A stretch of 64,000 nucleotides of DNA from IMG/VR virus record IMGVR_UViG_3300020048_000138, positions 103-64,102 of that record; one strand, written 5' to 3'. The DNA is from a virus. Taxonomy: Duplodnaviria; Caudoviricetes. The stretch's first letter is position 1. Each line of letters begins with the position of its first letter. Shown here piece by piece: positions 1 to 9,979 of the stretch. Both the position numbers and the translations under genes were made by a program. The notes beneath the pieces were generated by a model, which saw only the letters and a program-made list of their open reading frames with translations, was not told the origin of the DNA and ran no database searches.

Positions 1-88
1 AGTGTTCTAATTTACACCAAAGGTACTCAGCCCCTTTTGTATAAATGTCATTTACATAACGGTCCAGTTGTGTTCCTTCAGGTAGCAT
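1..88 (-). CDS. Hypothetical protein, 5' part only (runs off the window edge)
   Basis: AAGGAGG SD upstream of ATG at 88; frame MLPEGTQLDRYVNDIYTKGAEYLWCKLEH stays open to the edge; the start overlaps the stop of the upstream gene. Confidence 0.6.
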   Translation of the reverse strand, partial: MLPEGTQLDRYVNDIYTKGAEYLWCKLEH

Positions 89-342
89 TAAACCCTCCTT
101 ACTGATTCTACGTTAGATTTACAAGTAAAACGACCCGTTAAAGTACCCATCTCGGCTAAATCAATGCTAGCATCCAGTGCGGTATGTCTGACCATTTCTT
201 TTTTAGCATTTTCAGCTACTTTATGGTCCTCGTCTTCTGTTAACATCCACAATTTGCCAAGTACGTCCTGTTTGTCAGATTCATTGTACTTAATCTGGCG
301 TCCTGCTTTAAGATGTGCTTTAAGTTCAGCTAATTCTCGCAT
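88..342 (-). CDS. Hypothetical protein
   Basis: Track ORF 88..381; in-frame ATG at 342 has a GGGAG SD and avoids overlap with the upstream gene. Confidence 0.6.
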   Translation of the reverse strand: MRELAELKAHLKAGRQIKYNESDKQDVLGKLWMLTEDEDHKVAENAKKEMVRHTALDASIDLAEMGTLTGRFTCKSNVESVRRV

Positions 343-343
343 G

Positions 344-556
344 TTATTTCTCCCACATAGCCTGTATAATTGATATTTCACCTTTAGCCCATCTGGACAA
401 GGTGTCTACTGCATTTGTACATTTATATGTCCATTTGTCTCGTTCTAATACTGCCTCGCCTATGAAACTATCGTAAAAGACCGCAACTAATGTGGCAGGC
501 AACATAATAATGAACAAAAGCAACAAAGAGATTGTAATTCGGATAAACTTTAGCAT
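344..556 (-). CDS. Small membrane protein
   Basis: Long N-terminal hydrophobic segment; tightly packed in the operon. Confidence 0.55.
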   Translation of the reverse strand: MLKFIRITISLLLLFIIMLPATLVAVFYDSFIGEAVLERDKWTYKCTNAVDTLSRWAKGEISIIQAMWEK

Positions 557-1041
557 AAAATGGTCTCCATCCCTTGATTAGTGTACTTAAACACTGATAT
601 TTCAGCCGACCTGAACATATTAACTATGTCATTAACTTCATCGCCACCGTATTTGCCTTCAAATACAATAGATTTTACACCTGCATTTATAAGCATCTTG
701 GCACAGATTATACAAGGAAATGTAGTACAGTACAATGTACTACCAACTACAGATACGTCTTCTCGTGCAGCAAAAATAATACAATTCTGTTCAGCGTGAA
801 CACCACGACACAGTTCATGTCTTTCACCGGATGGTATATTGTTAATCATTCTGTAACATCCGACGTCTTCACAATGTGGTACGCCTTTCGGCGTACCATT
901 AAAACCGGTTGTAAGAATCACGTCATCTTTGACTAGGATAGCTCCTACTTGTCTTCTTAGACAAGTACTACGTTGAGCAATTAACCGTGCTATACTTATG
1001 TACAACTCAGTTTTGCTGATTCGTTTCTGTTGGTCCGTCAT
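550..1041 (-). CDS. dCMP deaminase (ComEB/DCTD family)
   Basis: [15 protein letters not shown] and PCIIC zinc-binding motifs; GGAGG SD. Confidence 0.95.
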   Translation of the reverse strand: MTDQQKRISKTELYISIARLIAQRSTCLRRQVGAILVKDDVILTTGFNGTPKGVPHCEDVGCYRMINNIPSGERHELCRGVHAEQNCIIFAAREDVSVVGSTLYCTTFPCIICAKMLINAGVKSIVFEGKYGGDEVNDIVNMFRSAEISVFKYTNQGMETILC

Positions 1042-1246
1042 TTACAACCTCCTTTTGTTTGAATATTACGGGACTTGCTTTTTCAAACGTTCTGCCGCCA
1101 GCATAGACAACAAAAACAACTGAAAAACAATCACAAAGTATTTTAAGCACATTTTCTTTGTTCAAGCATGTAGCTATAATTATTGCTATCATAAATAAAT
1201 AAAGAATGATGGGACGGGCCCACGATGTCAATCGACTTTCGCGCAT
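1007..1246 (-). CDS. Holin-like small membrane protein
   Basis: Two hydrophobic helices with WARP...YAGGRTFEK, resembling the GTA/3TM holin family. Confidence 0.5.
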   Translation of the reverse strand: MRESRLTSWARPIILYLFMIAIIIATCLNKENVLKILCDCFSVVFVVYAGGRTFEKASPVIFKQKEVVNDGPTETNQQN

Positions 1247-1288
1247 ATAATTCCTCCTGTATCTGATTTATTATATCATAATAGAAGA

Positions 1289-1591
1289 CTAATTGGAATT
1301 TATTTCTTTACTGAGAGGAATACTTCTCGCGGAGGTAAAATCAATTACAAATTTGCCATCACGCAAGTACGATTTAAAAGTACAGAACAACTTTGTATTG
1401 CAGAACACTTCTACAACCTCGATTGCATCTGAGTTCGTTACATCATAATATGTTGTACGTGTTACGCTAGGTACCCCATGTTTTACTTTGTTAATTGCGC
1501 CCTCTATACACAACTCCATGCGTCTAACATAAGCTGGATGGTCATGTACTTCTGCTCTTGTCATTTCAGACAGTTTTTTAATTTTTTTCAT
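1289..1591 (-). CDS. Hypothetical protein
   Basis: ORF in operon with AGGAG SD. Confidence 0.6.
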   Translation of the reverse strand: MKKIKKLSEMTRAEVHDHPAYVRRMELCIEGAINKVKHGVPSVTRTTYYDVTNSDAIEVVEVFCNTKLFCTFKSYLRDGKFVIDFTSARSIPLSKEINSN

Positions 1592-2339
1592 TGTCTACTC
1601 CTAGCTCGACAAGGGTTTCAGTATTTTGTGATTCACCTTCAGCTATGTCCACATGTGTTACCATTTGCGTCTGTACATCCTCTGGCAGTCTGTCAGTTAC
1701 AACTATCTTAGCATTACCCATAGTTTCAGTTTTTTTAACAAGGGCTTCATAAAGAAACTTTATCATGTGCAGCATAACTTTACTTATAACCATAGGAAAA
1801 GAATGTACCTGTTCTTTGTAACCAAGTACTGGACAAGTTATGTATTTCTTATTCAAGCCTCCTTTTTCAACCTTATGAACTTTACCACAAACACATTTTA
1901 TGGCCTGGTGCTGTATAAAAACAAATTCTGATTTGAAATACGCGAAAAGACAAACACCAACGTAAGGGTGAGCCAGACCAGAAGGCAAGGTTAAGTACTC
2001 AGGAGTTTCAATAAGAACTTTAACCAGTTCTGAAGTCTTTGTATCGTAAGGTAATTTCAATTTGTCCAGCATGCCGTAAATAAGACCGTTTGCTTGTACT
2101 GCTTTCTTTGCTGCCATCTTTTCTATTAACTCTTTTTTCTGTTCTTCTGTCATGTTTTCTTTTTTAAGTGTCTGCATTTGTTTACTCCTTATTGTGCTTA
2201 CATTATCCACGTCTTTTACTAATCCGTTTAATTCTTTTTGCTCTACCATTTTACGCTCCTTTTCAGTTACATAACTAACTTCATCTACCCACCTCATGCC
2301 GTCTATTTCAACGAGTGAGTAATGCGGTCCGTGCGGCAT
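1578..2339 (-). CDS. Hypothetical Cys/His (zinc-binding?) protein, paralog of 2308..2934
   Basis: CLFAY...CVCGKVH...C motif; start uncertain. Confidence 0.65.
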   Translation of the reverse strand: MPHGPHYSLVEIDGMRWVDEVSYVTEKERKMVEQKELNGLVKDVDNVSTIRSKQMQTLKKENMTEEQKKELIEKMAAKKAVQANGLIYGMLDKLKLPYDTKTSELVKVLIETPEYLTLPSGLAHPYVGVCLFAYFKSEFVFIQHQAIKCVCGKVHKVEKGGLNKKYITCPVLGYKEQVHSFPMVISKVMLHMIKFLYEALVKKTETMGNAKIVVTDRLPEDVQTQMVTHVDIAEGESQNTETLVELGVDNEKN

Positions 2340-2934
2340 ACCATGTCTCCACTACTTTAGTATAGTCTATAATCCCTTTTGTTTGTATATACTCACAGTA
2401 AATCACAAACAATTGCATCGGTATAAAATCTTTTAGGCACTTCTTCCAGTTGTCAGCACTGATTTTATAGTCAAAATTTTTGCATACTAAAAATCTTTCA
2501 CCTGTAGAAGTTTTAACTGTCTTGTGGATTTCTCCACAAGCACAGTTAACTGTTCCTTTTTCTTCGTCATAGAACTCGCCTTGATGCCATGCGAATAAAG
2601 ACAACTCAGCTCTTGGACTAAGTTTATTCTTTGTAACATAAATATTATACAAAGGATTTTCCCAGAGTTTTATAATAAGTTTGTCTATAGTAACTTTATT
2701 TCTATCAGTAAACTCTAACTCTGTCAACATGTTGTCTAATGCCATGTATTTCTTTCTAAGTGCGTCAGACACCTTTTGGTTTACTTTCTCACTTATCTGC
2801 TCCATGGTCATCTTTAACTGTTTTTGTCTATTAGCATATACTTCTTCCATGTTGTCTTCTTTGATTCTTTTGGTTACACCAGCAATAACTAAAGCGGGTT
2901 GTAAATCTGTGACATAATGATATTTTACTTTCAT
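2308..2934 (-). CDS. Hypothetical Cys/His (zinc-binding?) protein, paralog of 1578..2339
   Basis: SLFAW...CACGEIH...C motif. Confidence 0.65.
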   Translation of the reverse strand: MKVKYHYVTDLQPALVIAGVTKRIKEDNMEEVYANRQKQLKMTMEQISEKVNQKVSDALRKKYMALDNMLTELEFTDRNKVTIDKLIIKLWENPLYNIYVTKNKLSPRAELSLFAWHQGEFYDEEKGTVNCACGEIHKTVKTSTGERFLVCKNFDYKISADNWKKCLKDFIPMQLFVIYCEYIQTKGIIDYTKVVETWYAARTALLTR

Positions 2935-2943
2935 ACATACCTC

Positions 2944-5712
2944 CTACAGTTTTATGTCACTGTAATTTATATTTGTGTTAGTCTGTATACTAGTAAGAAT
3001 CATGTTTATCATGGCTTCGTCAGTAGTTTTAGTTTTAAGCCATTTATCAAAGTCTTTTTTCTCACCCCATCTTTTTTCTGTAACTGAAGCATCTGCGTAT
3101 AATTTAACAGGAAAATTAGGCAGTGGTGGTTCTTCCATAATACCTTTCAGTACGTTTACAACCTTGATGATGATTCTTGGGTCGTTGTCGACTTCCATAA
3201 TTACTTCATCATGTATCTGTTGTATTTGGTCCACATGACCTGCTACAAAACAACAGTCTTCACCGAATGGCACGCCCTCTACATTATGCCTGTAAGTATC
3301 TCTTGCTATTAAGTCATATATTTTGTTCTGTGACTTTTTCATAATGTCTGCAGCTGAGCCCTGTACTGGTGTGTTTGCTGCTTTTCTTTCATCACTAGAC
3401 CGAAGACGTCGGTTAAGTGAGTTTATGTACATCAAGACTCTTTTATACCCAAAGATTGTTTCGGCTTGTCCAAATTTCCTAGCTCTTGCCGCTGCTGCTT
3501 TCTGGAAGACTGCTATGCCAGGAAAAGTCTTGTGAACAGCACTAACTATGTTCTCACAAAACTCAATAGTTTTTCGCATGTGCAATCTTTTAAAAGTTTT
3601 CTGTAATGACCTGGACGTACCACAGTAAGATATACCGAAGTTACCGTACTTAGCATGTCCTCTGTCACCTTTAGTTATTTGGTCTATTGGTTTGCCCGTC
3701 ATAGTGGCAGCAGTTCTAGCATGAAGGTCAGCTTTCTGGTCCAACACTTCTCTCATGTGTACATCTTTTGCTTGCCATGCCATAAGTCTTAATTCAAAAC
3801 CAGCATAGTCAATAAGTATCCATGCCTTACCTTCTGGTGCATGATATATGTGTTTTATGCCGAATGGGTCCGTGTCATCACGAGGCACGTTCTGGGAGTT
3901 AGGGCTACTTGCATTTAAACGGCCAGTATCAGTCCAAGGTGTGTAATGTGCATGTATTCTACCTGTTACAGGATGTACAAACTTTTCACGGCTATAAATG
4001 TGTGAAGTAAGAAGCACACAGTATTTTTGAACATCAGCAATTAAATCAAGGAGTCTAAGGGCATCCTTTTGAAAAGGTTTGTCTCTGTTTCTTATTTCAA
4101 ATGCTTTGCACTGGTCCGGTGTTTCTGGACCAGTTTCAGGTATTACTATGTCAACATAGCGTTCTTCACTTATATTTTCCAGTTTGTTTTCAAGTAGAAA
4201 CCGCATGTCAACCATTGCCTCTACGTCCATGTCAGGATTTCCAGTAGACTCAGACACTTCAACATAAGGACAACCCAGTATATCGTACAAGAAGTAACGA
4301 ACAGCTGTGTTCTTTCCGGTTTTTCCTGGGTCCATGTTTACTAAAGGTCCCCATATAGCACTATCTGCACCATCGTCACGAAGTGTCTTTGCCCACTCGT
4401 TTGCCATATCAATAACCTGTTCACGGGCATGGCTCAAAGCATATTCCACTTTGGTTCTAACTTCATTTGCTCTTTGTTTATCCCATGCAAAGCCGTGGTA
4501 CTCCATCTGTCCTATAACTCTTGAAAACGCCATTTCTACACCGTGTAACCATTCATTATAGTTACCGTACGGTCTAGTCCACTTAGTCACGGTTGTAGAA
4601 ATAACTTTGCCCTCGCTGTCTACAACCTCTTGTGTTTCTAACGGGTCCCGTTCAATGATGATTTGTTCGGCCAACTCTTTCCAGAACATGTAGTGCTGAA
4701 GTGAATAGTCAGAGTCTTCCGCTGAGTATTCAAGGGCTTCAGGTAAATCAGCCGACAATTCATTAAAGAAACTTACATTGTGTTCTTTCAACAAAGCTTC
4801 AAAGTTACTCATCTGTACGCCCAAGTATTGTTTTGTAGAGTCCTTCAAACCTTTACCTTTAATAGGGCTTATTTCATTTAGGTCTGTTGGTTTAATAATC
4901 TGTAGGGTTCTAACAAGTTGAACTAGAGGGTCAGCACAAGGAGGCTGGACGTAAAGTTTCAAATCACAAAGCATTTTCTGCTCAAATGGTAAGTTAAAAG
5001 CAATTTTAACCACTTTGTTATTGTTTAATATCATCTTGTTAAACAGGTTAAATACATTATTGCGACGGTCTACAGAAGCAAGATTCTGCTGGTAGTTAGT
5101 GCCTTCAACGTGGTCGATGAATACAACCGCGGCTTCATGTGGGTAAGCTGAAAATGACACTGTACAAATATGACCTCTGTGCGGGTCTAATGGAGCTCGC
5201 AGATAATAGTCATAAGCTTCCTGTTGTTTCTTTATAGTTGTTTTAAACAACTTTTCGTATTCTCTTGTAATAGATACACGCATGTTAGGATTTGCTGCTA
5301 GTGCTTCGTTCATATCCATTTTAAGTATTTCTTTTTCAGCTTCACACTCGTCTGCCATGTCTACATAGATTTTGTACGCTATGTCTTTAGGGCAGGTTTC
5401 AAAGTCAAAGCTACAATAACCAGACTGGATACATCTATCAAAGTAGTCTTTTAATGCTTGTTCAGTATTTACCTTAAAATAATTTTTAGGTTGTTGTACT
5501 GGCATAGTTGGCCATTTGTAAATCGGTTCTTTATACTTTCCTTTAAGACTCTGCCATACTGTAGCTGGGTCAGGGTTTATCTGCGGGTCAGGATTAGCAT
5601 TAGGATTATGCACTTTTTGTTCCGTTTTAATTGAACCTGCTTCTCTTTCTTTTTTCTGCTTACTTGCAAGTGATTCACCACTCGGAACATTGAAAATTGA
5701 ATTTAATTTCAT
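2944..5712 (-). CDS. polA: DNA polymerase family A with 3'-5' exonuclease domain
   Basis: ExoI DFET; TGRLNASSPNSQNVP; motif A IDYAGFELR; motif B AKYGNFGISY; NTPVQGSAADIMK; motif C QIHDE. Confidence 0.96.
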   Translation of the reverse strand: MKLNSIFNVPSGESLASKQKKEREAGSIKTEQKVHNPNANPDPQINPDPATVWQSLKGKYKEPIYKWPTMPVQQPKNYFKVNTEQALKDYFDRCIQSGYCSFDFETCPKDIAYKIYVDMADECEAEKEILKMDMNEALAANPNMRVSITREYEKLFKTTIKKQQEAYDYYLRAPLDPHRGHICTVSFSAYPHEAAVVFIDHVEGTNYQQNLASVDRRNNVFNLFNKMILNNNKVVKIAFNLPFEQKMLCDLKLYVQPPCADPLVQLVRTLQIIKPTDLNEISPIKGKGLKDSTKQYLGVQMSNFEALLKEHNVSFFNELSADLPEALEYSAEDSDYSLQHYMFWKELAEQIIIERDPLETQEVVDSEGKVISTTVTKWTRPYGNYNEWLHGVEMAFSRVIGQMEYHGFAWDKQRANEVRTKVEYALSHAREQVIDMANEWAKTLRDDGADSAIWGPLVNMDPGKTGKNTAVRYFLYDILGCPYVEVSESTGNPDMDVEAMVDMRFLLENKLENISEERYVDIVIPETGPETPDQCKAFEIRNRDKPFQKDALRLLDLIADVQKYCVLLTSHIYSREKFVHPVTGRIHAHYTPWTDTGRLNASSPNSQNVPRDDTDPFGIKHIYHAPEGKAWILIDYAGFELRLMAWQAKDVHMREVLDQKADLHARTAATMTGKPIDQITKGDRGHAKYGNFGISYCGTSRSLQKTFKRLHMRKTIEFCENIVSAVHKTFPGIAVFQKAAAARARKFGQAETIFGYKRVLMYINSLNRRLRSSDERKAANTPVQGSAADIMKKSQNKIYDLIARDTYRHNVEGVPFGEDCCFVAGHVDQIQQIHDEVIMEVDNDPRIIIKVVNVLKGIMEEPPLPNFPVKLYADASVTEKRWGEKKDFDKWLKTKTTDEAMINMILTSIQTNTNINYSDIKL

Positions 5713-5723
5713 ACGGCACTCCT

Positions 5724-6047
5724 TTAGTTGTGCATTAAAATAGTAATAAACTCCTGGTTGTTTTTAATGAAGTTTTTAAGTCCAAGTGTCATACCAACTA
5801 CCTGGGTCTCAGAGAGGTCTAAGTCAAGTTCGTGACTCAAAGCGTGTACGCATTCGTGCAATAAAATCTGGTTTTGTCTTGTAGGACTAACCTGGTTACT
5901 AACTACTATCTCCTGTGTATCATAATCCACTTTACCATAAAGCACACTTACTGAATTTGTTACCTTATCTGATTTGGTAACGGAATAAAGCATGCCTTCA
6001 CAATCAACGGTTGTAGGAAATTCGATTTTGTCAATCTTTTTGCTCAT
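5724..6047 (-). CDS. Small HExxH zinc metallopeptidase-like protein
   Basis: ILLHECVHAL motif. Confidence 0.6.
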   Translation of the reverse strand: MSKKIDKIEFPTTVDCEGMLYSVTKSDKVTNSVSVLYGKVDYDTQEIVVSNQVSPTRQNQILLHECVHALSHELDLDLSETQVVGMTLGLKNFIKNNQEFITILMHN

Positions 6048-6798
6048 TACTAGCTCCTTTCAAATATTGTTTGTAATTGTCAGCTAACATTGTTGACGCT
6101 TGTTTTAAGTTAGTGTATACCACATCTACCATGTCCTCAAATACTACTGGAAATAAATTATACATAATAGTAAATGCTTGTGTCATAAGTACCCGCATCT
6201 GTGGATGTGCTGCTTTATTATAAAAACTTCTTTGTCTAAATACTTCCCGCCATTGTCTTAAATTACAGGTCATATTTACTTCGGTCTTTAAGTTTGTAGG
6301 CAGTACACCCCGTGCTATTTCAGGTCTTATGCCAAGTTTAATAAGTTTCATATAAGCTAGTTCAGCTTGTGTCATAGCTTCCAGCCAGATTTCTACAACC
6401 TCGTTTATTGCTTCAGCAATTAACTCATTGGAACCAACTGGCACGTTATTCTGTATATTTTCAGCTAGTACAGAAATCATGTTTATTACACTAATTTCAT
6501 TAGCTTTACCGTAGTTACAGTAACGTGTTGACTCCTGAGAATAAGAAGCTAGTCTATGTCGTACTAACTCATGTGACACACCTCTGTCTTCAATAAACTT
6601 CAAGGACGCTGTTACATGTTCAAGTACAGACAAATGACCTCTTGCTATTAACATTTTGACAAATTTACCAGCTGAGTCTTCCGTTATCTTGTCCTCGGAC
6701 TTGTAACAAGTCCTGCCCATCTCTTCTATAACTTTATAAGCCATTTCTCCTGTTGGTCCATTGAACATAAATTTTACTGAAGGCTGTACAAGTTTCAT
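6031..6798 (-). CDS. thyX: FAD-dependent thymidylate synthase
   Basis: GHLSVLEH, SHELVRHRLASYSQESTRY (RHRx7S), ARGVLP, AHPQMR. Confidence 0.96.
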   Translation of the reverse strand: MKLVQPSVKFMFNGPTGEMAYKVIEEMGRTCYKSEDKITEDSAGKFVKMLIARGHLSVLEHVTASLKFIEDRGVSHELVRHRLASYSQESTRYCNYGKANEISVINMISVLAENIQNNVPVGSNELIAEAINEVVEIWLEAMTQAELAYMKLIKLGIRPEIARGVLPTNLKTEVNMTCNLRQWREVFRQRSFYNKAAHPQMRVLMTQAFTIMYNLFPVVFEDMVDVVYTNLKQASTMLADNYKQYLKGASNEQKD

Positions 6799-7082
6799 GC
6801 TTCACCACCATATCTAAAGTTTTTGTCGGACATGTCTTCAAGTGGGTCTTCATACTTTTGACATGCTAGTACACCTAAATCAAAAAAGCCATCTGCCATT
6901 TCTGTTATAAATGGACTTTTTATACCATTATTAACTTCGTTAAGTAAGTTTATACAGTAATTAAATCCATTTAAGAAATGTACTTGGTGAGTGTTTAGTT
7001 GTAGTTCTATCACTTTTGGTTTTTTATTACTCATGTTATATGTCCTGCTCGTCAAACATTTCCATTTGTTCATTTGTACCAC
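6795..7082 (-). CDS. Hypothetical protein
   Basis: ORF in operon; true start probably at MSNKKP. Confidence 0.5.
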   Translation of the reverse strand: MVQMNKWKCLTSRTYNMSNKKPKVIELQLNTHQVHFLNGFNYCINLLNEVNNGIKSPFITEMADGFFDLGVLACQKYEDPLEDMSDKNFRYGGEA

Positions 7083-7386
7083 ACATTACAACCATTTCTG
7101 GGTAAAGTGGGTCATCCATGTGTACTGTTATTTCTAACTCTTTTGTTCCGCAGTAAGACGCTAAATATTTTTCAGCTTTCCTTAACTTAAAACAGGAGGC
7201 GGCAGACTTCCAAAATGTGTTTTCATTTTTGTATGTTGGCGTTTGTTCCATTACTTTATAAAGTCTATAAAGTTTAGTAACATTACAGGAGGGTAATGTA
7301 CTAAGTGATATTATATACCCTGACCGTACGTCTTGTGCCAATAAAGTAGTGCTTATTAACAATAACATAAACATTATCTTTTTCAT
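7036..7386 (-). CDS. Hypothetical exported protein
   Basis: Signal-peptide-like N-terminus MKKIMFMLLLISTTLLA. Confidence 0.6.
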   Translation of the reverse strand: MKKIMFMLLLISTTLLAQDVRSGYIISLSTLPSCNVTKLYRLYKVMEQTPTYKNENTFWKSAASCFKLRKAEKYLASYCGTKELEITVHMDDPLYPEMVVMCGTNEQMEMFDEQDI

Positions 7387-7408
7387 CTTTCCGCCTCTCT
7401 ATAAATAA

Positions 7409-9337
7409 TTAATTTAAGTTATCCCCAGGATTATCCTTGTTCTCTCCTGTTATAGATTTGAATCTAGGGAGTGTCTGAATATTCGGATGCGAAAGAATGT
7501 AATCACCAAGAAACAATATATGAATATTGCTCTCGATAAATCTGGTGACTGCTTCTTCCGGAGTCCTTATAATCGGTTCCCCATGGGCATTAAATGACGT
7601 GTTTATAAATGCTGGTTTACCTGTCAATTTTTTGTACCTTATAAGGGCAGTGTAAATAAACGGATGGTCATCACGGCTTACAACCTGTGCTCTGACCGTG
7701 CCGTCAATATGGACAGCACCCGGACAAAGTTCTTTAAACAAGTCTGACGCTGTGAAATTTATGGTCATGTACTTCGCAGCTTCTTTTGTAACATCATTGT
7801 AGTCAAGAAACATATCTTTTGCATCAACATCACAAATAACAGGGGCAAATGGCATTGTTTCTGTTCTACCCAACTGTTTGTTTAACCAAAGACTTACATC
7901 TTTGTCAGTGCAATTAAAGTGTATAGACCTATTACAAAGAGCTCTAGGACCCCACTCCATAGGACCATTATAATTTGCTACAATATACCCATCATTTATT
8001 GCTTTTGCAAGTACAGATGCTTTGTCATCACATTTGGACAACATACAATTTGTAAGTCTGTGATAAGACCACTGTATTTCGTCATGGTAAGGATTATAGC
8101 CCATGTATATTGACTTTAATTCATTGTTACGAATATAAGTTGTATCAAACAACTGAGCAAATGCTGCTCCTACAGATGTACCACCATCGCCCATGTGAGG
8201 ACAAATCCAAAGTTTTTTAACATTTGGAAGTTTAGCGATTTTTTGATTTATAATCACATTTGCAAACAAGCCACCAGCAAGACAAACGTTTGTAGGTTTC
8301 TCACACTGTTCCATAAAAAACCGTATAAAGTCAACAGCCAGATTTTCTACAACCGTTTGAAGACTACATGCTATATCCGCTATGGTTTCCACGTCATGGC
8401 CTCTGTCGGCTAGTATTCTCTTAACAACCTGGAACACTTTTGCTTCATACTTTTCAAAAATGTCAAAGTCAATAATAGGACTTGTTTTCAATGTGGTATG
8501 GTTGGATTCCAGTCCTCTCACATAATCCATTATGCTTACAAAGTCCTGTATGTAAACTGGTTTACCACGGGCAGCGAGTCCTGTAAGTTTGCCTTCCTGT
8601 TCGTGCATCTTGTATCCGACAGCACCGGTTGTAAACTGGTACAACAAGCCAAGAGAACATGCTAAAGGCATTGTTTCTACTGTTCTAAACTTGTTTTCTC
8701 CTGGTTCCATTTCATGGAATGCTACTGAACGACCATCACCAAAACCGTCCATAGTAAATATCAAGCACTGTTCATCTAAAGGATAGTTAGATGTACCCCA
8801 AGCACTGAAGGCATGTGCTACGTGATGGTCAACTCTGATTATCTCAGGTAAATCGTATGTACCAAGTGCATGTCCTATTAAATGCTTTAATAAGTCAGAA
8901 CTCAGTTTAGAACCATAATTTGACTTCAAATGGTACGTGTAATAGTCTTTATCTGATTCACATTTGGTCCAGAACTCACCCACTTGTTCAAAAAATAATT
9001 TGTCTTCATCACTGGACATAGCTTCCATCATTTTTGCTATACGTATTTTGTTATAACGTATTAAGTCATACGCACATATATCAGCATAGTGTGAAAGAGC
9101 TATGGCATGAAGATTTTTCAAAGACAAGTTTGTTGTACTTAACACGTGGTTTATAGAGTGAAATGGAAACTCTTTTGTTTGTTTTGTTCTGTTATATCTT
9201 TCTTCATTTGTAGCACAAAGTAATCCATGTATATTAGATACTATAGCGGCACCTGAGTCAGAGCCTAGTGAAATACCTAATACATTAATACCTGAACTTG
9301 TAACCGGGATAACATGTAAACTCATACTGTCCTCCAT
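7409..9337 (-). CDS. O-carbamoyltransferase (NodU/CmcH/TobZ family)
   Basis: NEERYNRTK, HHVAHA, DGFGD, EGKLTGLAARG, LAGGLFANV, GDGGTSVGAA, EWGPRALCNRSI, MPFAP, HIDGTVRAQ, NTSFNAHGEPI. Confidence 0.95.
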   Translation of the reverse strand: MEDSMSLHVIPVTSSGINVLGISLGSDSGAAIVSNIHGLLCATNEERYNRTKQTKEFPFHSINHVLSTTNLSLKNLHAIALSHYADICAYDLIRYNKIRIAKMMEAMSSDEDKLFFEQVGEFWTKCESDKDYYTYHLKSNYGSKLSSDLLKHLIGHALGTYDLPEIIRVDHHVAHAFSAWGTSNYPLDEQCLIFTMDGFGDGRSVAFHEMEPGENKFRTVETMPLACSLGLLYQFTTGAVGYKMHEQEGKLTGLAARGKPVYIQDFVSIMDYVRGLESNHTTLKTSPIIDFDIFEKYEAKVFQVVKRILADRGHDVETIADIACSLQTVVENLAVDFIRFFMEQCEKPTNVCLAGGLFANVIINQKIAKLPNVKKLWICPHMGDGGTSVGAAFAQLFDTTYIRNNELKSIYMGYNPYHDEIQWSYHRLTNCMLSKCDDKASVLAKAINDGYIVANYNGPMEWGPRALCNRSIHFNCTDKDVSLWLNKQLGRTETMPFAPVICDVDAKDMFLDYNDVTKEAAKYMTINFTASDLFKELCPGAVHIDGTVRAQVVSRDDHPFIYTALIRYKKLTGKPAFINTSFNAHGEPIIRTPEEAVTRFIESNIHILFLGDYILSHPNIQTLPRFKSITGENKDNPGDNLN

Positions 9338-9579
9338 ACTTTATATTTTTTAATACTAGCAGGTCTTATTGAAATAGACTTGCCACAAACTACACAATCC
9401 TCCGTTATAGTGTCACAATCAGCAGAATCAGCATACGGTATATAGTCTTCAATTTTATTCATTTGTGCACTACTACACCATGGACATATTAAAACTGTAC
9501 CTTCATTAACTATAGTCATATTAAACTCCTGAACTACCAAGACCATTGTTACCACGTGTAGACATGTCTGCCCATACAA
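9322..9579 (-). CDS. Small zinc-finger protein
   Basis: CPWC...CVVC; likely start MTIVNEG near 9519. Confidence 0.55.
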   Translation of the reverse strand: MYGQTCLHVVTMVLVVQEFNMTIVNEGTVLICPWCSSAQMNKIEDYIPYADSADCDTITEDCVVCGKSISIRPASIKKYKVWRTV

Positions 9580-9979
9580 CGGGGTTTACAACCGCTATTG
9601 AATGGAAAACCATTTGACAAAGTCTATCATTTGCTTTAAAGGAGAAAGGAGTATCTGATAGGTTAACCAGTATGATAGAAAACTCTCCTGCGAAACTGGA
9701 GTCAATAGGTGCCATTACAGTGATAACGCCTTGTGAACCCACTGAACTTCTTGGGTATAGGTTAGCTTCATAACCGATAGGTACATCGACACTAAAGCCA
9801 GACTTAACCTTAAAGATTTTTCCTGGTTCTATTATGCCACCACAAGGCATGTACAAGTCTATGCCTGAATCATTACTGTAAGCTTTGCTTGGATAGTTTA
9901 CATCAGCATTATGTCTTACAAATACTACATCCATAACTTTTCTCCTATCTGCTCCATTAACCACATAGTAGATTGACAT
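9521..9979 (-). CDS. dut: Trimeric dUTPase-family nucleotidohydrolase
   Basis: DSGIDL, PRSS, APIDSSFAG, RLCQ, RGNNGLGSSG (motifs I-V, with III and V diverged). Confidence 0.88.
   Translation of the reverse strand: MSIYYVVNGADRRKVMDVVFVRHNADVNYPSKAYSNDSGIDLYMPCGGIIEPGKIFKVKSGFSVDVPIGYEANLYPRSSVGSQGVITVMAPIDSSFAGEFSIILVNLSDTPFSFKANDRLCQMVFHSIAVVNPVVWADMSTRGNNGLGSSGV

Noticed and set aside
2944-5712. Intein or intron in the polymerase, helicase or terminase
   Set aside because: No intein termini or homing-endonuclease motifs; the insert after DFET looks like an ordinary helical insertion.
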